Part shown: piece by piece, positions 12,132 to 26,900 of the stretch | How the letters are laid out: every line of letters begins with the position of its first letter | How positions within the stretch are numbered: position 1 is the stretch's first letter | Source: Phoronis australis | Lineage: Eukaryota > Animalia > Phoronida | DNA: 64,000 nucleotides | Reading direction: 5' to 3' | NCBI GenBank assembly: GCA_002633005.1 | Contig: NMRA01000567.1 | Span: 6,954-70,953, forward strand | Notes under the pieces: model-generated | Told to the model about the DNA's origin: nothing | What the model saw: the letters and a program-made list of their open reading frames with translations, nothing else | Database searches by the model: none | Program-made: the position numbers and the translations under genes

Positions 12132-15100
12132 CGAAATCAGACCCTGTCTCCCTGACCAGTATCAAAGAGGATTTTCGTAAAAAAGGCCCAAGCAGGATCC
12201 TGGACACTTGATGTAAATCGGACCAAGACAATCCCATCATTCAACATTCCATCCTCACCGCTCAATCAATAACCTCAGTGACTGCCATTTTGCTAGGCTA
12301 TTGCACGATAGTAAGTTCCTGAGCATACTCGCGAAACACTACCTGGTAGTGCTTTTTTGTGATTCTGCGTGATCCTGCTTTTACTTGAGTTCACACGTCT
12401 GCGGAATGCGTCGGTCTGCGGAATGTGCTTGTATGCGCTCTGCTCAGATCGCTCATCGTGCACAGGGGTGCAAAGGATCCCAAAATCAGGTTTTCATTTG
12501 GCATGACATGAAACTGACGGATGGCGAACAGGGTCAAACGGTGATGCGTTCCTTGAAGCACGCCATGCTTTACAAGCACAGCACGTGATTACACTAGATT
12601 TACTCTCGAATGTCGTGCCTCTACGGAACGCACCCCTGTTCAAAGGCCATCAAGAAAGCAAACATTCAAACCTGGAAGTTTCTGCCATCCTGAGTGTTTG
12701 TACAGTGCACTCGCTTGCCATGTATTGTTTTAATGGCATTTGTGTTGTTTGTTGGACCACTTTCATACACGAGTCTGCCAAGTGCAGGTCGGAAGTCACT
12801 CAGGCTGGAGGCGATCTCTCGATAGGAGTGAATTTTTCACGGCCGTCACATTCATCTCGGTCATTGGCAGATGAAATGAGAATAGTTGATTTTTACGAAA
12901 TGTTATTTCATTACTTTTAAACTTACAAAAATGTTTCAAACAGTGTAAGATTAACTTTCAAACTAAATTTAGAAAGTGGCAATTTTTCCGACACGCTTGT
13001 CTGGCAGGTTTTAACATTTCAAAGTCAAGAGATCGTTACTTATTTTGTGGTCGGCTATACATGTGTTGGAACATATTGCGCCACGATTAGTTTACATTAA
13101 TTACATTGTAAGCACATCAATTACGAAGCCCTGGGTGTATGGCTATCCTGTTGTTTTTAAAGATCAACAAGTCACAGGAATGTCGTGCGATTGTGTTGAA
13201 TATTGTGATCATCTCACGTAGAATGAAAAACAAAGAGAAGTATACAATACAGAAAGGCTAAGAGATCCTTGTTTAGCGATGAATATTCACCTTCAGTAAA
13301 TTAATGGCAGGATCATTTTTGTAAACATGAAGAAGTTGGATTTGAAAAACCATGATGATATTTCCTCGTAAAACTGAAATGTGGCATCTCACCTCAGGAC
13401 TAGACGGTGAAACAAAGCTCGTCCTGACTCATGAACATGTGACTTTTATTCAAGAATGTTTTCCATATATATTTTGCTCATTTTCTAAGCTAATTTTAAA
13501 TCTAATAAAAATATTGTCAGAAAACTATTTTTCCGAATACCAAACTGCAGAGCTGTGTTCCGTAGACCCAAGACAATCGTGAAAAAAACTAGTTTGATCA
13601 AGTGCTTCGCTCGTTCTGCATTACGGTACTCCGCGATCACTTGTGTGATCTTGCGTCTTCGCGAGATTCTTGCGTCTACGGACGTCTAGGGACAATGAAT
13701 AATTTCGTGTAATTGGCCATACGTTCGATTATTTTTGTGCACTGTATCAACACGGGACTTGCAGGTCGTTGCCATGAACATCCGAAGGCGTCGATTTCAC
13801 ATGAGTTCGTTTGCACGAATATGTTACATTCCACCAAACTCAAATGTCGTCTTCATCTTGTCTCCATGTTCTTTTACTATACTGTTCTGGGAGGTCAGTG
13901 AGCAGTGCTTCCTTAAGTATCTACAGCTACCGTTAACCTATGAAAGAACTACATTTTCTGACACCAGGAGTCGAGGCGAACTCTGCTGTGTGTCTGTGAA
14001 GGTTTACCTGGAAAATTTATGCTCATTCACTTAGAATGTGAACTCGAAAATGTTGCCAATTTGGAAGGATCTTCCATAAGGAAGTTACCGTCGTAGGGTT
14101 TTGTTTCAGAAACTCTGTTCTTCTTAAATTCTTCAAGCGGTTTAACCGTTTCATTATTAGGGATCTTAGGACAGCTGAAACGCACAATGAAGGATGCATA
14201 ATGTTGTCAAATAGGAGTGGATGTGTCGTGTCTTGTCACCACTCTCAAATATTCCCTTCTTGGCTTAGAAAGATTGCTAGTGTCATCAATGTTGAATAGG
14301 AAGAACGGCTCACTGACGTCTCAGCATGGTAAAGGAACATGGAGTCAGTGATGCGCGTTTGCGAGCCCCGGCACGACTTCTTTGTTCTTGGTGAGTTACC
14401 CGTGGGCGACTCGTACTTGCAAATCATTGAATTGTGTTTATCTGGTCCGTGACGCGTGTCTAAAAACGAAGCAACATGTTTACGAGTGCGGCAGCCGTGT
14501 TGTTCGTGTAGCACATTGCGAGCACAAGGGCCCAATCTGTTTTCCAACGACATCCCCGTCCGGATTTCCCGATGGAAAATCGAGCTGGTCGCACATAGTA
14601 TGCAACAAATTCTATTGTTCAACTACCAATCGTTAGCACTTGAATCGTGTAATGATTTATAAGCATTGTCAATAAGTCTAAGTGAGGAGACAGATGAACT
14701 TGTATGCTTTGGGACTGATAAGAATAATAGCGACGATGAATATTTCATGCCCACGTAATCAGCATGAGCAACGATCAATGAAAACAGCAAGTTAACTCTC
14801 TAAGGCGTCGTTTACTGACCACATTGTGATTGAGTCAGATGACCAAAAATCAGAAAAGAAACTTGGAAAATAAACTAGCGACGATTTAAGTTATCAATAT
14901 CTTACAACAAACAACACAAGAAACTGTGCAAAGTCTGCTCATAAATCGTGATCGTTACGTGGTATAGTAGTGCTATTCTTCGCTTAGTTCGCACAAAAAT
15001 AACAATTGTCGAAATAGTCATTGTTTCTATTTTGTCAAAAACTTATTACGTTGCTGTAAATAACGGGAACTTTTCCAAATGTTGCCTTATAACTATTACA

Positions 15101-17910
15101 CAGTACAAATCAAACGTAAGAGCATCCAAGTTCGAAAATACATGTACAACCGTCTGGACCTAACTGAATTGAAGCTCATGGTTTTAAAACTGCATGAAGC
15201 GCTTTAGCATTATTAATACGTGCTTCATTGAATAGTATGATTAATTTTTAAGGAATGTGCGTTACTGTACTAGTAAACCGATAGAAAATTCAAATGTGGC
15301 AACAGTCAATCGATTTATTAACCAAGCTCTTATCTCCCCCGACACTATGATCACCTTAGAATACTGCAATCGGAAGTGGCATTTTAAAATTGTTGAGTTG
15401 AATAATAAGACACTGTCTTGCAAGTATTTCTTTTCGGTTGTAAAACCTTCAGCTTGAATCGGGAAGCTATTTTTGTCTAATTACGCGTGTCATTGACAAT
15501 ACGGAATCGCAATGCAATACATGAAATACATACAGTCCAGCAATGATGATCCCTCATCAGCCTCCACTTAATTCAATTGCCATTTTCCTTAGGGAAACAG
15601 GATAAGATGATTTCATCGCTGCCCGCATTCAAGACATAATTATAAGTGTTAACATCTGTTTCTTGAATCTTGAATTCTAAAGAACGCAAAACGCGTACAC
15701 TGAATTTGCTACGAGGGTATTTGTAAATAGACGAATTTTTGTGTTGAAAATCGCTACAACGACTTGCTTTTTACGACTATGCATTAAACCTTATTTTGCT
15801 ACAAGTCGGTTTTAACGCATGTGAATGGGCTTGCAAACAGTTACTAAGTGTGTGCATTATACCACCACGTCTTCCTGACGACGGTTGCCTTTATGAATAT
15901 AGTTTCAGTATGCATCGTGTTTGTCTAGTAGAATGCAGTGAAAGGAGGACCTTTGTTAGATTCATAACAATGGATTTGTACGATTCGCGTTCGTGGTGTA
16001 TTCAAGATCAGTACTGTTATAGAACTCCAGGAAAAGCAGTCCTTAGCGTTATATGAATCGTTTGTGTTATTTGAGAGTAACAAATCAATGAAAGGAACCA
16101 TGTCTGTGTCTTCTTCAACTAAGTTTTGCGCTTTTGACGTGCTCCCCAGCCAAAAACATTGCGCACAACAAGGTTACGTCACAGCCAAGGTATTGACTTG
16201 CACGCTAAAATGGGATGACGTCAGCAGGCGGCAATGATTGTCTCGTGTTGTTGACGTCAAGACCGTTGTTTGATGCCTTTTGTTTACTGTGGTCGCTTTA
16301 AACTTCAATCTAAAATTAAACGCTTCTTGTGACTGAGATACGAAGGGTTGACTTTAAAATATCATTTTAATTTGATGACTTTGATGTTTAAAGACTCTCT
16401 TCCTAATTTGTGTTAATGAGTAGAACGTGCAGAGTGTCTCAAAAATGCACTCAGTAACTAGTTTGTTGATGGACTAAGATTATTTTTATAAAATTCCTTA
16501 AGAAGTGTACAAAATGGAATTATGTTTTCAAACAAAAATAAATACATTGTTTATTCAATCGAAAAGAAAATTGCTTTTGTAAAGAGTTGGCGTTTTTAAT
16601 GTCCCAGTAGCATTTTAGTTGCTCCAAGATTGAGACATGCCTGCTTACCCAGAAACGTGTTACTCTACAGTATCCCCGAGCGCAGAGTCTGATCCACGCG
16701 ACTGAATTTGAACTCTCCACTTTTTTACACAAGTGTCTATTTTTGGAAATACCTGTAGAGATAAGCATGTGGCTGAAATTAAAAATTCGGTTAATTACTG
16801 CTTTGTGTATAAATCTGCTCAGTAAAATCTACTTACTTTTGAAAAATTAATTCCGTGGCTCATTAAGGAATTGAGAATAAATTTCGACTGATAGGAGTTA
16901 AAATTCGTTTCACTAAGTTTTTAATAAAAGTGGAACGCAAAGAGTGCCTTTACGAAGATATTTGAGCAGCACTGAATGTTAGCGTTAATGCTATAGAATA
17001 TTAATGTCAATAATTTATGTAAGCGCTAATTTCATTCCTGAAATACTTTCCCAAAGATAATGGAATAATAGGTGAGTTTTTTAAAAGGCTTCAACCTACA
17101 AAATTGGCGAGCACAATTTTAAAACTAATAATTGGCATGCTTTTTAGGCTTGCGGAGCTGAGTCTGGTATTGATGACGTTTTTTGGATTAAATTAAGTAT
17201 CCACGTCGCGGTTTGAATGTTTCTAGAGGAATTCGATAATCACAGTACAATACTAACTATGGAACTCTGTTGCTGTTCTTCGGTGATCTTTAGCGCCAAC
17301 TTGCGCAATCGCACTTCTCAGCCACTCTCTGCAAACATGTTCCAACTTGTTCAGTGCAGTAAACATCCAACAGAGTGTCAGTTGGTTAGAAATAACATCT
17401 CGTTCCCAAAGGAATCATATCAGACTCCATTAGCAGAATTCACATGCAGGTCTGTACAGGCGTGTATTAAACCCTCTTAAGTATATGACAAGCACATTGG
17501 GTGTTTAATTAACCAATTAACAGTCTAGTCTGAACTTGGCTCAATTATCTTGACTGACCTATTCTCGTCCGGAGTGAGACAGGATTCCGTAACTTATGCA
17601 CCTGTCCTGAAGTCGCACTTACTGCGTTTCACTAAGATTTTACTGATTTTGGTTTCATCCGGAATTCAACGCAAACCCTTAACTACGAACAAGTAAAATA
17701 ACAAGTGAAAACAGCAAATATAAAAATAGGAAAAAAGATGGAGGACTTCAAACAGAATCAAACGTAGCCTGACGTCAATGCGCAAAAAGTAGAGGTAACC
17801 GTAGTAGTAGTAGTATTTTATTTATCAGCAACAAATGATGAAAAAATTATAACAATGACAAAACGAAGTTACAATTTATGTTGATGGGAGGCCCCAGGGA
17901 TTACTAAACA

Positions 17911-18151
17911 GGCCCCTTTAAGACAGAAATTCTGTCTAACGCTCCCACGTAATAGTTGCCAAAAGGTTTAGAAAAGCATTACCAATTGTGAGTGCATCAC
18001 AATCTAGAAATAATTTATAGCTGCAGTTATTTCAGTAACTATAAGTTCTATGCACATTCTCAAAGGCTTCAGACGTTTTCTCAATTGAGGTTTAATTATT
18101 TTTCAGAAATAGCAGTGTGGCGCGAAAGACAAGATTTCTGTCTAAAGTCAC
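17911..18151. mobile_element. MITE with ~40-bp imperfect TIRs
   Basis: TTTAAGACAGAAATTCTGTCTAACGCTCCCAC pairs with GTGTGGCGCGAAAGACAAGATTTCTGTCTAAAG. Confidence 0.6.
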
Positions 18152-19334
18152 TTTTTATCAAATAGATACCTGGAAAGCTAAAAAACCGCTTGTCCCAGAA
18201 GCCACAAGAATAAATAATTCAGAAAAATTATCATTCAATCAATAGGAATTAAACATTTCCCTAGCTAAACTCATCTGTAGAACAATACCAGGGAGTTTAA
18301 ATAATGTGATAAATTTCAGCATCAATGGCAAACCACTTAGATTAAGTAGAATATTAGTGATCTGCATGGATGATTGAACATAGCAACTCAACTGAAACAT
18401 TAAAGCTTCAGTTCGCAATATCACTTATTAAATAAAAATTCATTATAACATTTTTTAAAAGAGACATGTGAATTTTTAAATATTTCATTAGTTACTATAT
18501 TGGGAGAAGTTTGGTCATTGGTCGTCTTAGGGTCATTTGGCCGGTTGCATGAAATAGTTGGGGACTCAGCTATGTCCCTTGAATTTTCACCGCACTTGTG
18601 AAAGCAATCATCGTTCTTCTTAATGATGTTTTATTCTAGTGTTTACTTTGATACACTGCGATAGTTGAATTCTCAAACATGAATACGGACCTTTCATGCA
18701 GGGCCTTAACATGAAAGAGTCCGTTATTTTCTTTGAAATAAGGTCTCATTTAGTTTTTAGTTTTATCGTTATAAAATGCCATTAATCAAAGAGGAGCTCA
18801 TAATAAATATAAACTAATAAACATATAACATTTATGAGCAAATAAAGACATACGGTAGGTGATAACCATGCGACCAGTTTACGCACGTCGCACGGTTCTC
18901 ACAAGGTAAACACTACACTGCGAGCTGCATACTACATTATTTGCCATTAACTCATTTCGACGTTTCTCATAATCAATCAGGGAAAGCTGCATTAAAACGT
19001 TTTATCTGTCAAGAAAAAACTTATCGCTATGAAATTGGTCTCAAATGGTCCCTTAGCCAAAATAGGTACGATTTCTGGACATGGAAAGAGCAGACCAAGT
19101 TCTAACTTTTAGTTTATGCCTCGACTTCAAATTTCATGAACTTAGTGTGAAGAAATTACAAAACGTCTAATTCTTTACCGAGCGCAGAGATCACTTCTAA
19201 ACTGACTGAGGAACAAGACAGGATACACGGGTTAAATGCCGCATTGAATAAAAAGTCGTGCTTTTCAATTCTAGGTAAGCACTGTACACGTTAATTCAAA
19301 TATAAATATGAAAGGAACCTTAATATGAGCTCCA

Positions 19335-19750
19335 TTAAAGGTGATGGTAAAAGAATAAATGAATTCGTTGGCGCGGGTTGTCATTTTGGATAACTGACTG
19401 ATATACCAACAACTGAAAAATTTCTCGTTCTCAGACAACATAGTTCTGTTTTCCAAGCAGAGGCATTTGTCATTTGTTAAAGTTGCAGAAGAGTTGCTCG
19501 AAAACAGAATCCAAAATAAACCCATAGCTATCAGCATGTATCACTAACCTAAGTAATTTAGGTAAATATAATCATATCGAAGTTTCCTGGACCGCTGGAC
19601 ACGTTGGTATATCTAGGGTAATGAGGCAGCTGCTTGATTAGCCAAACTTGATTCAGAACTCGAATTTCAAGGACCTCAACCAATATTACTCGTCCCTTAT
19701 GCCTCCTGCGTTTTAGAAATATTAAACTAGACATAAAACGATAGAATGGG
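19335..19750 (+). pseudogene. Decayed RNase H domain of a non-LTR retrotransposon (R1/LOA/I-group type)
   Basis: Across frameshifts and stops: GDGKRINEFVGAG..QHSSVFQAEAFVI..VAEELLENRIQNKPIAI..NHIEVSWTAGHVGISGNEAAA*LAKLDSELEFQGPQP. This matches the LINE RNase H motifs DGSK-VGAG, SVFQAE, WVPGHxGIxGNExADxLAK and FxGPEP. Confidence 0.75.
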
Positions 19751-21473
19751 TCTTTGATTAACAAAAGTGACAGTAGAAAAACAAAAAGGGGAGAGCTGAG
19801 TAATTGCCAGTCTTACTACCAAGCTTTTTAGTCTGACTGAAGTTGGTAACTAATGCGGGTGATTACAGGTCACTCAGTGTAACGTGCAGACAGTTAAGAA
19901 AACGAAAGGTGTGTGAAATTCTGGATAGAAAATGAAATACAAGAACATCATGTGTTTCACTTACCAAAGCATTAGAAAAGAATGCTTTGGAAGTTAACCA
20001 GTTTTAGTGAAAACTGTCATAGGTAACAAAACATTTAACAATTGCGAAATTCCTCAAGCGTGCTGGTAGCCTTGCTGAGTTTGAGCAGTGAAGTTAAAGC
20101 AGAGTGCCTGTTGCAATGGCTCTGTGGAAGGCCTAAATAATGTGTCGGTCTTTTTGTTTTGCGTACTTTGCTGTTCCATTATTATTATAATTATCATTAT
20201 CATTATCATTATTATTAATTCATATTAATTTATATTACATTCATGAAAGAAGTGTTGAAAAGAGTACTTGGTTTTGTTTAGAAAATTAAGTAAGTGGTGT
20301 CGTACATTTTTAGTTGCTCAATTCTCCAAAAACAAAAATCCACGTGTGACCAGCAAAGTTTTGTTCAACTCAAACCAGACTGAGGAAGGAGTTAGAGCTG
20401 TGCTCGAAAAGTCGTGTTTTATCCTCACTGGCGACAGTAAACATGGAAACGGCGTCACACTTCAGCGGTGGTGACGTAGAACCAGAATAAATACTCGGGT
20501 GTGATATGATTATAAATTTAAAAATATACTACTCTACAGATGGAAGCATGTGTCTAATTAAAAATTGCTGCACACGTGTTGTCAACATCCGTTAAAACAG
20601 TCATCACCGCGTACCCGGTTATCAGTCTTCATCTAGTCATGTACCTGTTTTGCTGACAACGACAGCATGCCCGTGGGAGTTGTTCAACACTAATAGCAAT
20701 ATGCGCGTTATTTCACTTGCATGGAAAACATTGCACACTGAAACTTGATATTTTATTCACACGTTACTGCTGTACACGAATAACAAAAGTAAATCAATAA
20801 CAAGTTTGAAATTCCTGGGCATGAAAATAATAGAATTTGAGTTGTATGCTTGAATATATCACTCAAACAACGAGTTTTAGCCTCGGGTGAATACTAAAAC
20901 TAAAAGTTAAGATAGAGATAGAGTAAAAACTCGGCAATTCCGGAAGTGACCAGGCTTAAAACAGCGCCCTTAGAGGCTTAAATAATACTAAGCGCGAAAA
21001 CATGTCGGCAGATGTGAAGCCGGGTAGCCACTCAGGCCAACATTGCACAGCCGTAACTAACTGCACCAACTATTGAAAAAATGTCTCAGGATGTTATTTT
21101 TCACACTCCTTAAGAATGGGGAAGGTACTATGTCTTTTGCATATAGTTGTAAGATATTCTTGTTTTCTTTTAATGTCATTCATCAAAAGAATCCTACGTG
21201 GACACCCTAACTGGTCGAGATTGTGCTACTCGGCCGGCTTGCGTACCTCAGAATGTGCCGATTCAGATCAAAGACCCCATGCTGTTGTGGTTAAGTCAAT
21301 CGCCTCAGGCTGCTGAGGCTACTATTCTCTAGATAATGAAACCACATTGGGAGCGACAGTAGTATTTTTGAATATTCGCTTTGAATTTTTGTAAATAGCA
21401 AATTTAAACATTTCGTGAAAAGCACGCGTGATTAGTCTTTCGAATTTTGAAAATTGGACAATAAATGTGACTT

Positions 21474-23900
21474 TTACAACCTAAAACGCTTGTTTAATGT
21501 CGCAATAATATGTTCCTTGTTAATTGGGCCAATTACCAAACCATCAGGCAGCAGTTGGATTTTGAGGTAAGCCAAGTGTAATCGTACTATTCTTGGCATG
21601 TTTCTTAAGAAGTTGGCAGCTACAAGGAAAAACCTGCACGTCCCGAATCCATCCAGGTTCGGTTCCACTGCACGACTCATAATGTCCACATCAAGGCCGC
21701 GCAAAGCATATGGTTAACTTAAATGTTTATAACTATAGCTGGATAGAACTATCCCAGATTCCAACAAACTATGACTTTCATCCGCTGGACAAGAGGATTT
21801 AACAGTGGGGTCTAAGTTTGGTATCTGTATCAAATTGTTAGCATGGTAAGAGGCTGTCGCCCAGGTTTTCAAGTCGTGATTAGCTTGTTTTTGGTCATTC
21901 ATTTTGGTTTTTGGAAGTACACAACAGCGTCAAGAAGCTCCGCCGTATTGTGATTATATTAAAAACTTACACGGAAAGGTTCATTAATAGAAATCTGTTG
22001 ACTTAGTCCCCCCTTTTGAGATTGTTTTAAAGTAATCCTCATTGAGTACGACATAGTCTATTACATTTTACGACGCAAGCTTAGAATGACGAATCATATT
22101 AAATATGGACGCAATTCGCGTTGTCGTTGTTCATATTCACCATGGATGGAACAAGTAAGAGAAATTGCAACCCAAAATGGTTTCAACTCATAAGGCTTGC
22201 GGCATACGACACTGCTCGCAACTCTCCTGTGTTGAAAGGAGTCGCAGTCTGCAGTACCCTGTAGATAACAACTCGCCTAAACGCTATAATATGCTTTTCG
22301 CTTCACGTTACTTTTCTAATGTGCTTCAGTTGTTCACCTCTTTTTCTCGCATATACCCAGAAGGGCAGCTCTCTTGTTTTTTTCCAGCTTTTAGTGTCAC
22401 CGCCATCCTTGTACTAGGCTATATTGCACTGCACATCAAACAGCCGAGTATTAAGATCAAAGCCTCGATTTCGATTAGTCGTGGGTGCCAGCGACTGGAA
22501 GCCAACGTCGGGAATCCTTCATTTCTGATCTCATTTTGCCCTTTATGGCTCCTTCCAAACATACTTGCTTCCCGAAATTTCATTCCACCGAACAATAATA
22601 ATGATAATGCATTTCTGGTCTTTAAACCCATTGTGTCTCTTCAAGCAACAGTGGGTACATTTTGAAATGCGAGGTAAATTCGTTGTCACGTGATCTCCTA
22701 TTCGGCAACATGAAGACGACAATTATGCCGCCCCGTATTACACATTCGAATTTCGCTTCATTAACCCACAATGCCGCAATATCCGCCATTAGAGTTCCAC
22801 ATGCTTTGTTGTATTCTTTCCACGATTTTATCGACTGGATTACCCTATTCGTCCTTCCAATGCCAAAGACGCATCACTGCTGTGTAATGGGCTGCAATTC
22901 CGATGGAAAAAAGTGGGATAAACTTGACAAATGTCAGTGGATGCGTGATGTTAGTTCGTCGCTTCCCCAACACCAATCAAAAACAAGAAAACGCGGAGCA
23001 AGTGAATAAAGCAATATCTTCGGGCTGATTTTGAAGCAAATGGGCTCTTTTCTTGAAGTTAACTTTCAATTCCGGTACTTTTAAACGGTTGAAATCGGGA
23101 ATATTTACACGACCATACAACTTGACGGTTTCCAACATGACCTTTGAAAATGTGCCCGGCATTCCAAAACGAGAAAATAAAAAATGCGCTTTCTTACCTC
23201 CAGGATGAGGGGGACTTTTATCGCTTTGTACCCCGGGTCGGCCCTGTTGAGTCAGCGTGTAGCAGTTGACTGTAGAACTGCGTTGTATATTATTATTATT
23301 ATTACGTCAGTGGAAATGCTTTCAGCCGATTAGGCCTACTGCCGGCGGTGTTTAAGTTCTTCATTTTCTTGCACTCGTAGGAATCTTTCAGTGACGGAGT
23401 TGTTTCATCTACATATCGTGCATGCTTACCTGAAAAGGTTCTCGTTCAAAATATCTGAGTCCTGCTTATTTCGGCCAGTGACATACATCGGCATTGTAAC
23501 AACACTGTGTAAATAACTAGTATTTAGTGTTCCAAACGATTAATCGTTGGGTTAGCTATGACAAGGCCACTTATTAGCATCTTCTTGAAAGGCTGTATCC
23601 ATTGGACTCACAAACAGTGGATAATTTCCACTGAGTAGCACTTGAGACGAACAAGGTAAATGTTTAAAAGGACAGGGGGATTTATTAATGACACGCAAAA
23701 GTGACAACTTAGATGTTTTTCTACCCCGGTCGATTTTATTAATAGTAATTTGCTGCTAAAAGGAAAAAACATGTTATTTTCCTTTAGTTATGGAAAGCTT
23801 TAAATGGTGTCTCTGGTTAGTCTAATAGATTATGCTCGGCAACTCGGCTCTGAGTGGATAAAGGCGTACGCTATGATGTGTTTTGTGGGTTCAAAAGCGA
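21474..23900. mobile_element. Decayed two-ORF DNA transposon (ISL2EU-like): THAP plus DDE transposase on +, SAP/SWIM-like partner on -, head-to-head
   Basis: + strand from 22860: MPKTHHCCVMGCNSD..RRFP..RSK*IK..RADF (THAP), then NNTV* (~23497) and GDLLM (~23675), resembling DDE_Tnp_4 HNTxK and GDxVMADKGF. - strand from ~22660: KNKRAALLGICE (SAP-like), SLLESG, FPCSC (SWIM-like). The ~200-bp spacer holds TCACGTGA and CCGCCAT motifs. Ends not found. Confidence 0.5.
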
Positions 23901-26900
23901 ATTAATTGCTTGTCTGTGCGTGGCTGTCTTGTTCTTTACCGCCAGTAACATGAAGTACACTACGTCAGAGTGTTTTTCAGCATTACACATCTATGTCGTG
24001 AGTCAGTGATGATTAATGAACTATTCTTGTCGGTCTCTAGTTAAGATGTTCCACAATGCATTTTAAAACTGCTATTCCAGGAAGCAAAGTACTCGACAAG
24101 ACACAAACCACAGTAATAATACTACATGGACACTTATTTATATATTATAGGGTGATGTTAAAAATGTTTATTTGCATTTCACGTCTGTAGTTCGTGGTAA
24201 TTCAATAATTTCGGTTGGCATCTTCCAGTGCATTGGCTAACTTAAAAGCGCGTATATTCGGTGATGGAAATCATTCGACGTGACATAAACTCATCAGTTA
24301 CATAACCACTGTTAGGTTCTATGCATAATTAATTAGGACTATTGGGTTGTGTTATGGGGTTTCGAAACTTTTCACTCATAATGGATTTTCTTAAAATGTT
24401 TCGTATTTTTTTCCTTGAAAATCCACAAAACAAGTTGGGGGTCACCTTATTAGTGTCCGTTGTAGCCGCAAGGACACCACTAGTAAACATGTGAAATTCA
24501 CATGCCTTACTAAAAAGCCACCTCTATTAATGATTGAAATTCGGCTGGAAACGGATTAACTTCGTCAGAAATATGTTAGTTTTATGTTTCGATTACTTTA
24601 ATTATGTACCCGGTTAACTGATTTTCTTATTACGGCGTAAGTAAACGTTTTTTGTCTGGATTTTGAGTACCGCGAATTTTAACGTTTTTGCCTCTGTACA
24701 AAAAGTTACTTATTAGATGCCTCTGGTGTTTTCGATGAAATGAGAAAAACTAATGGGCTCACAGACTGATTTGTTTCAACTCAAACAGCATCACAAGAGA
24801 ATGCCCCATTGTACCTTAAATTTAAAAAACATGGCAATTTTAAGGTCACTGGCCCGCTGCATTTCACTACATAGGGATTACGTTATATGTATGCTGTTCG
24901 AATTGTGAAATAAGTTTAGTTTATGCTATCAATCTAAGATGTCAAGTTTATACTTAAATAAATTTAGATTTGCCGTTTTAATGACACCTAATTAGGCCCT
25001 ATGCACTTGTTTTTGCCTATTTTCAATGTTAGTACAGTGTATTACGTGATTGTGAGAATTGATCATAATATAACGCCATAATAACAAAAACTCTGTGCAG
25101 CAAATTTAATTTAATTTTTTTTGTTAAATATTCTGTTATTTGAAATAAACAATAACATTCAAATTCTTTTAAATAAGCCAGTGTCGTAAAACAACGATTG
25201 CTTTGCGACATATCGGCAATATGTGCTTCTTATGTTCTATTAAAGCTGGAAAAGCTGAATGCTAGATTTAAAGCTTAGTTTTATTGGTATGTAGATGGCA
25301 TGAACTTAATTTCGTGTATCCACTATGTGTTATAATCTATTTAAACTCGCATCGGTTTCCAAAGAAACGGTGCCATTGTCGTTGTGACTGATGAGACAGC
25401 GGTTTTTGCATGGACATTTTGCTATGAAATTCAAAATTAAAAAACCCTGATTGCTGAGTTTTTATTAATCAATGTAATTCATATTGCTCAAAAATGAGGT
25501 CAGTGTTGTCCTCAATCAATCAAATACGTTATTAAAGTTGTACTATAGTTTATTGTATTTTTGAATCATTTTAACTATAAAACCTGTTTTGTGTCATCGT
25601 TTGTTAGAAAATAGAAAAAAAATCATTTAAAATGGGCATCTTTTTCAGGAATTTTGCAAGCTGGCGTAACTGTCCAAACTGTCACAATCCTAAAACTGCG
25701 ACAGTGATCACAATTGGTGGGATTGAAGACGTTCGAAATACAAATTGTAGCAATATAATTAAACACATCTGGGTGCAGTCACGGTTTAAACAAATTTTCG
25801 GAGTTTAAGGGCATAAATGGGGTTGCAACACCCCCATAAAACTGGCAGATGACAGGATTAGAAAAACTCGACACGAACGGAGAGACAAGAACGTTTGGAC
25901 TTCCACCGGGTTTGAAGAGCACAGTATATACATATATAACGTACGTGATGATAACTGATGATACCGAGATACGGGTTATACAGGATGCTTTAAATGAGGG
26001 CGAATATTTATCATACATATTGCGTGAACTATTTTAAGACGCGCATTCACACGAGTCTTCAGAGAGCAAAGCGGTAGCATCTGTTTATATGTCGTTGCAG
26101 AATTGCGAAGAAATGTAAACTCATAAAGTGTATGTTTATTCCATGTTAACTAGCAAACTAATCAACATATGGAACAAATTTAATATGAAATATCAAGTTA
26201 ACATATAAATAGCCTTCTGCTACTTGTACACTCCTTGCTTGTACTACCGGACCGGCAGTAGGTTGAGCAGACGGTCAGAACTAGACGTTGAGTTAAAGAA
26301 AATAATTTCTTGTTAAAATTTCATTGAATTAATAAAAGAATACCATAATACAAAACTTGTTATAACTATGAATGATTTCATTTGCCTGTATTGACTTAAT
26401 TCAACACGGTTAGTACCCGGCCGGAGGTTGTGGTTTCCGTGTTTGGCGAAGTAATATCTTTACCATAGCAACGACTCATTCATGACCAGGTGACCAAATG
26501 AGGTCGCTATATCTTTTTGGTTGTGTGTTTGAGTAGCTTAAAACACTGTTTTCACCCTAAGTTTCATCAAGTTATTTGAAATCAAAATAGTTGTTGGTAT
26601 TTGACGGATATTTCTATGATTTGTGCTATTTATTTGGTTCAGTTGTCATTTATAAGGTGTATTTCAATTATTTGTAACGTTAACACCAGTACAGAATTGT
26701 GAGTCGTGAGTGGTATTTTATAAGGAGACAAGTTTACAAGCTATCGTAATTCTTATGGATTTAGTCGGCCAAATACGTAATCCTTCTCATTTTCTATACA
26801 GATGATAACAGTTATCTTCTGTAGAGAAAATACGGAAAAGTAGTTCTGGCGTATTTCACCGGTGTGTTAACACAGTTAATAAACGGCGGTATTATCACCT

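Noticed and set aside
22165-22665. 166-aa + strand ORF
   Set aside because: No recognisable motif; overlaps the - strand transposon relic and is best read as its antisense frame.
25660-26037. CPNCHNP Cys motif and a short acidic ORF (possible TCR/CXC transposon tail)
   Set aside because: Too little motif support to call.
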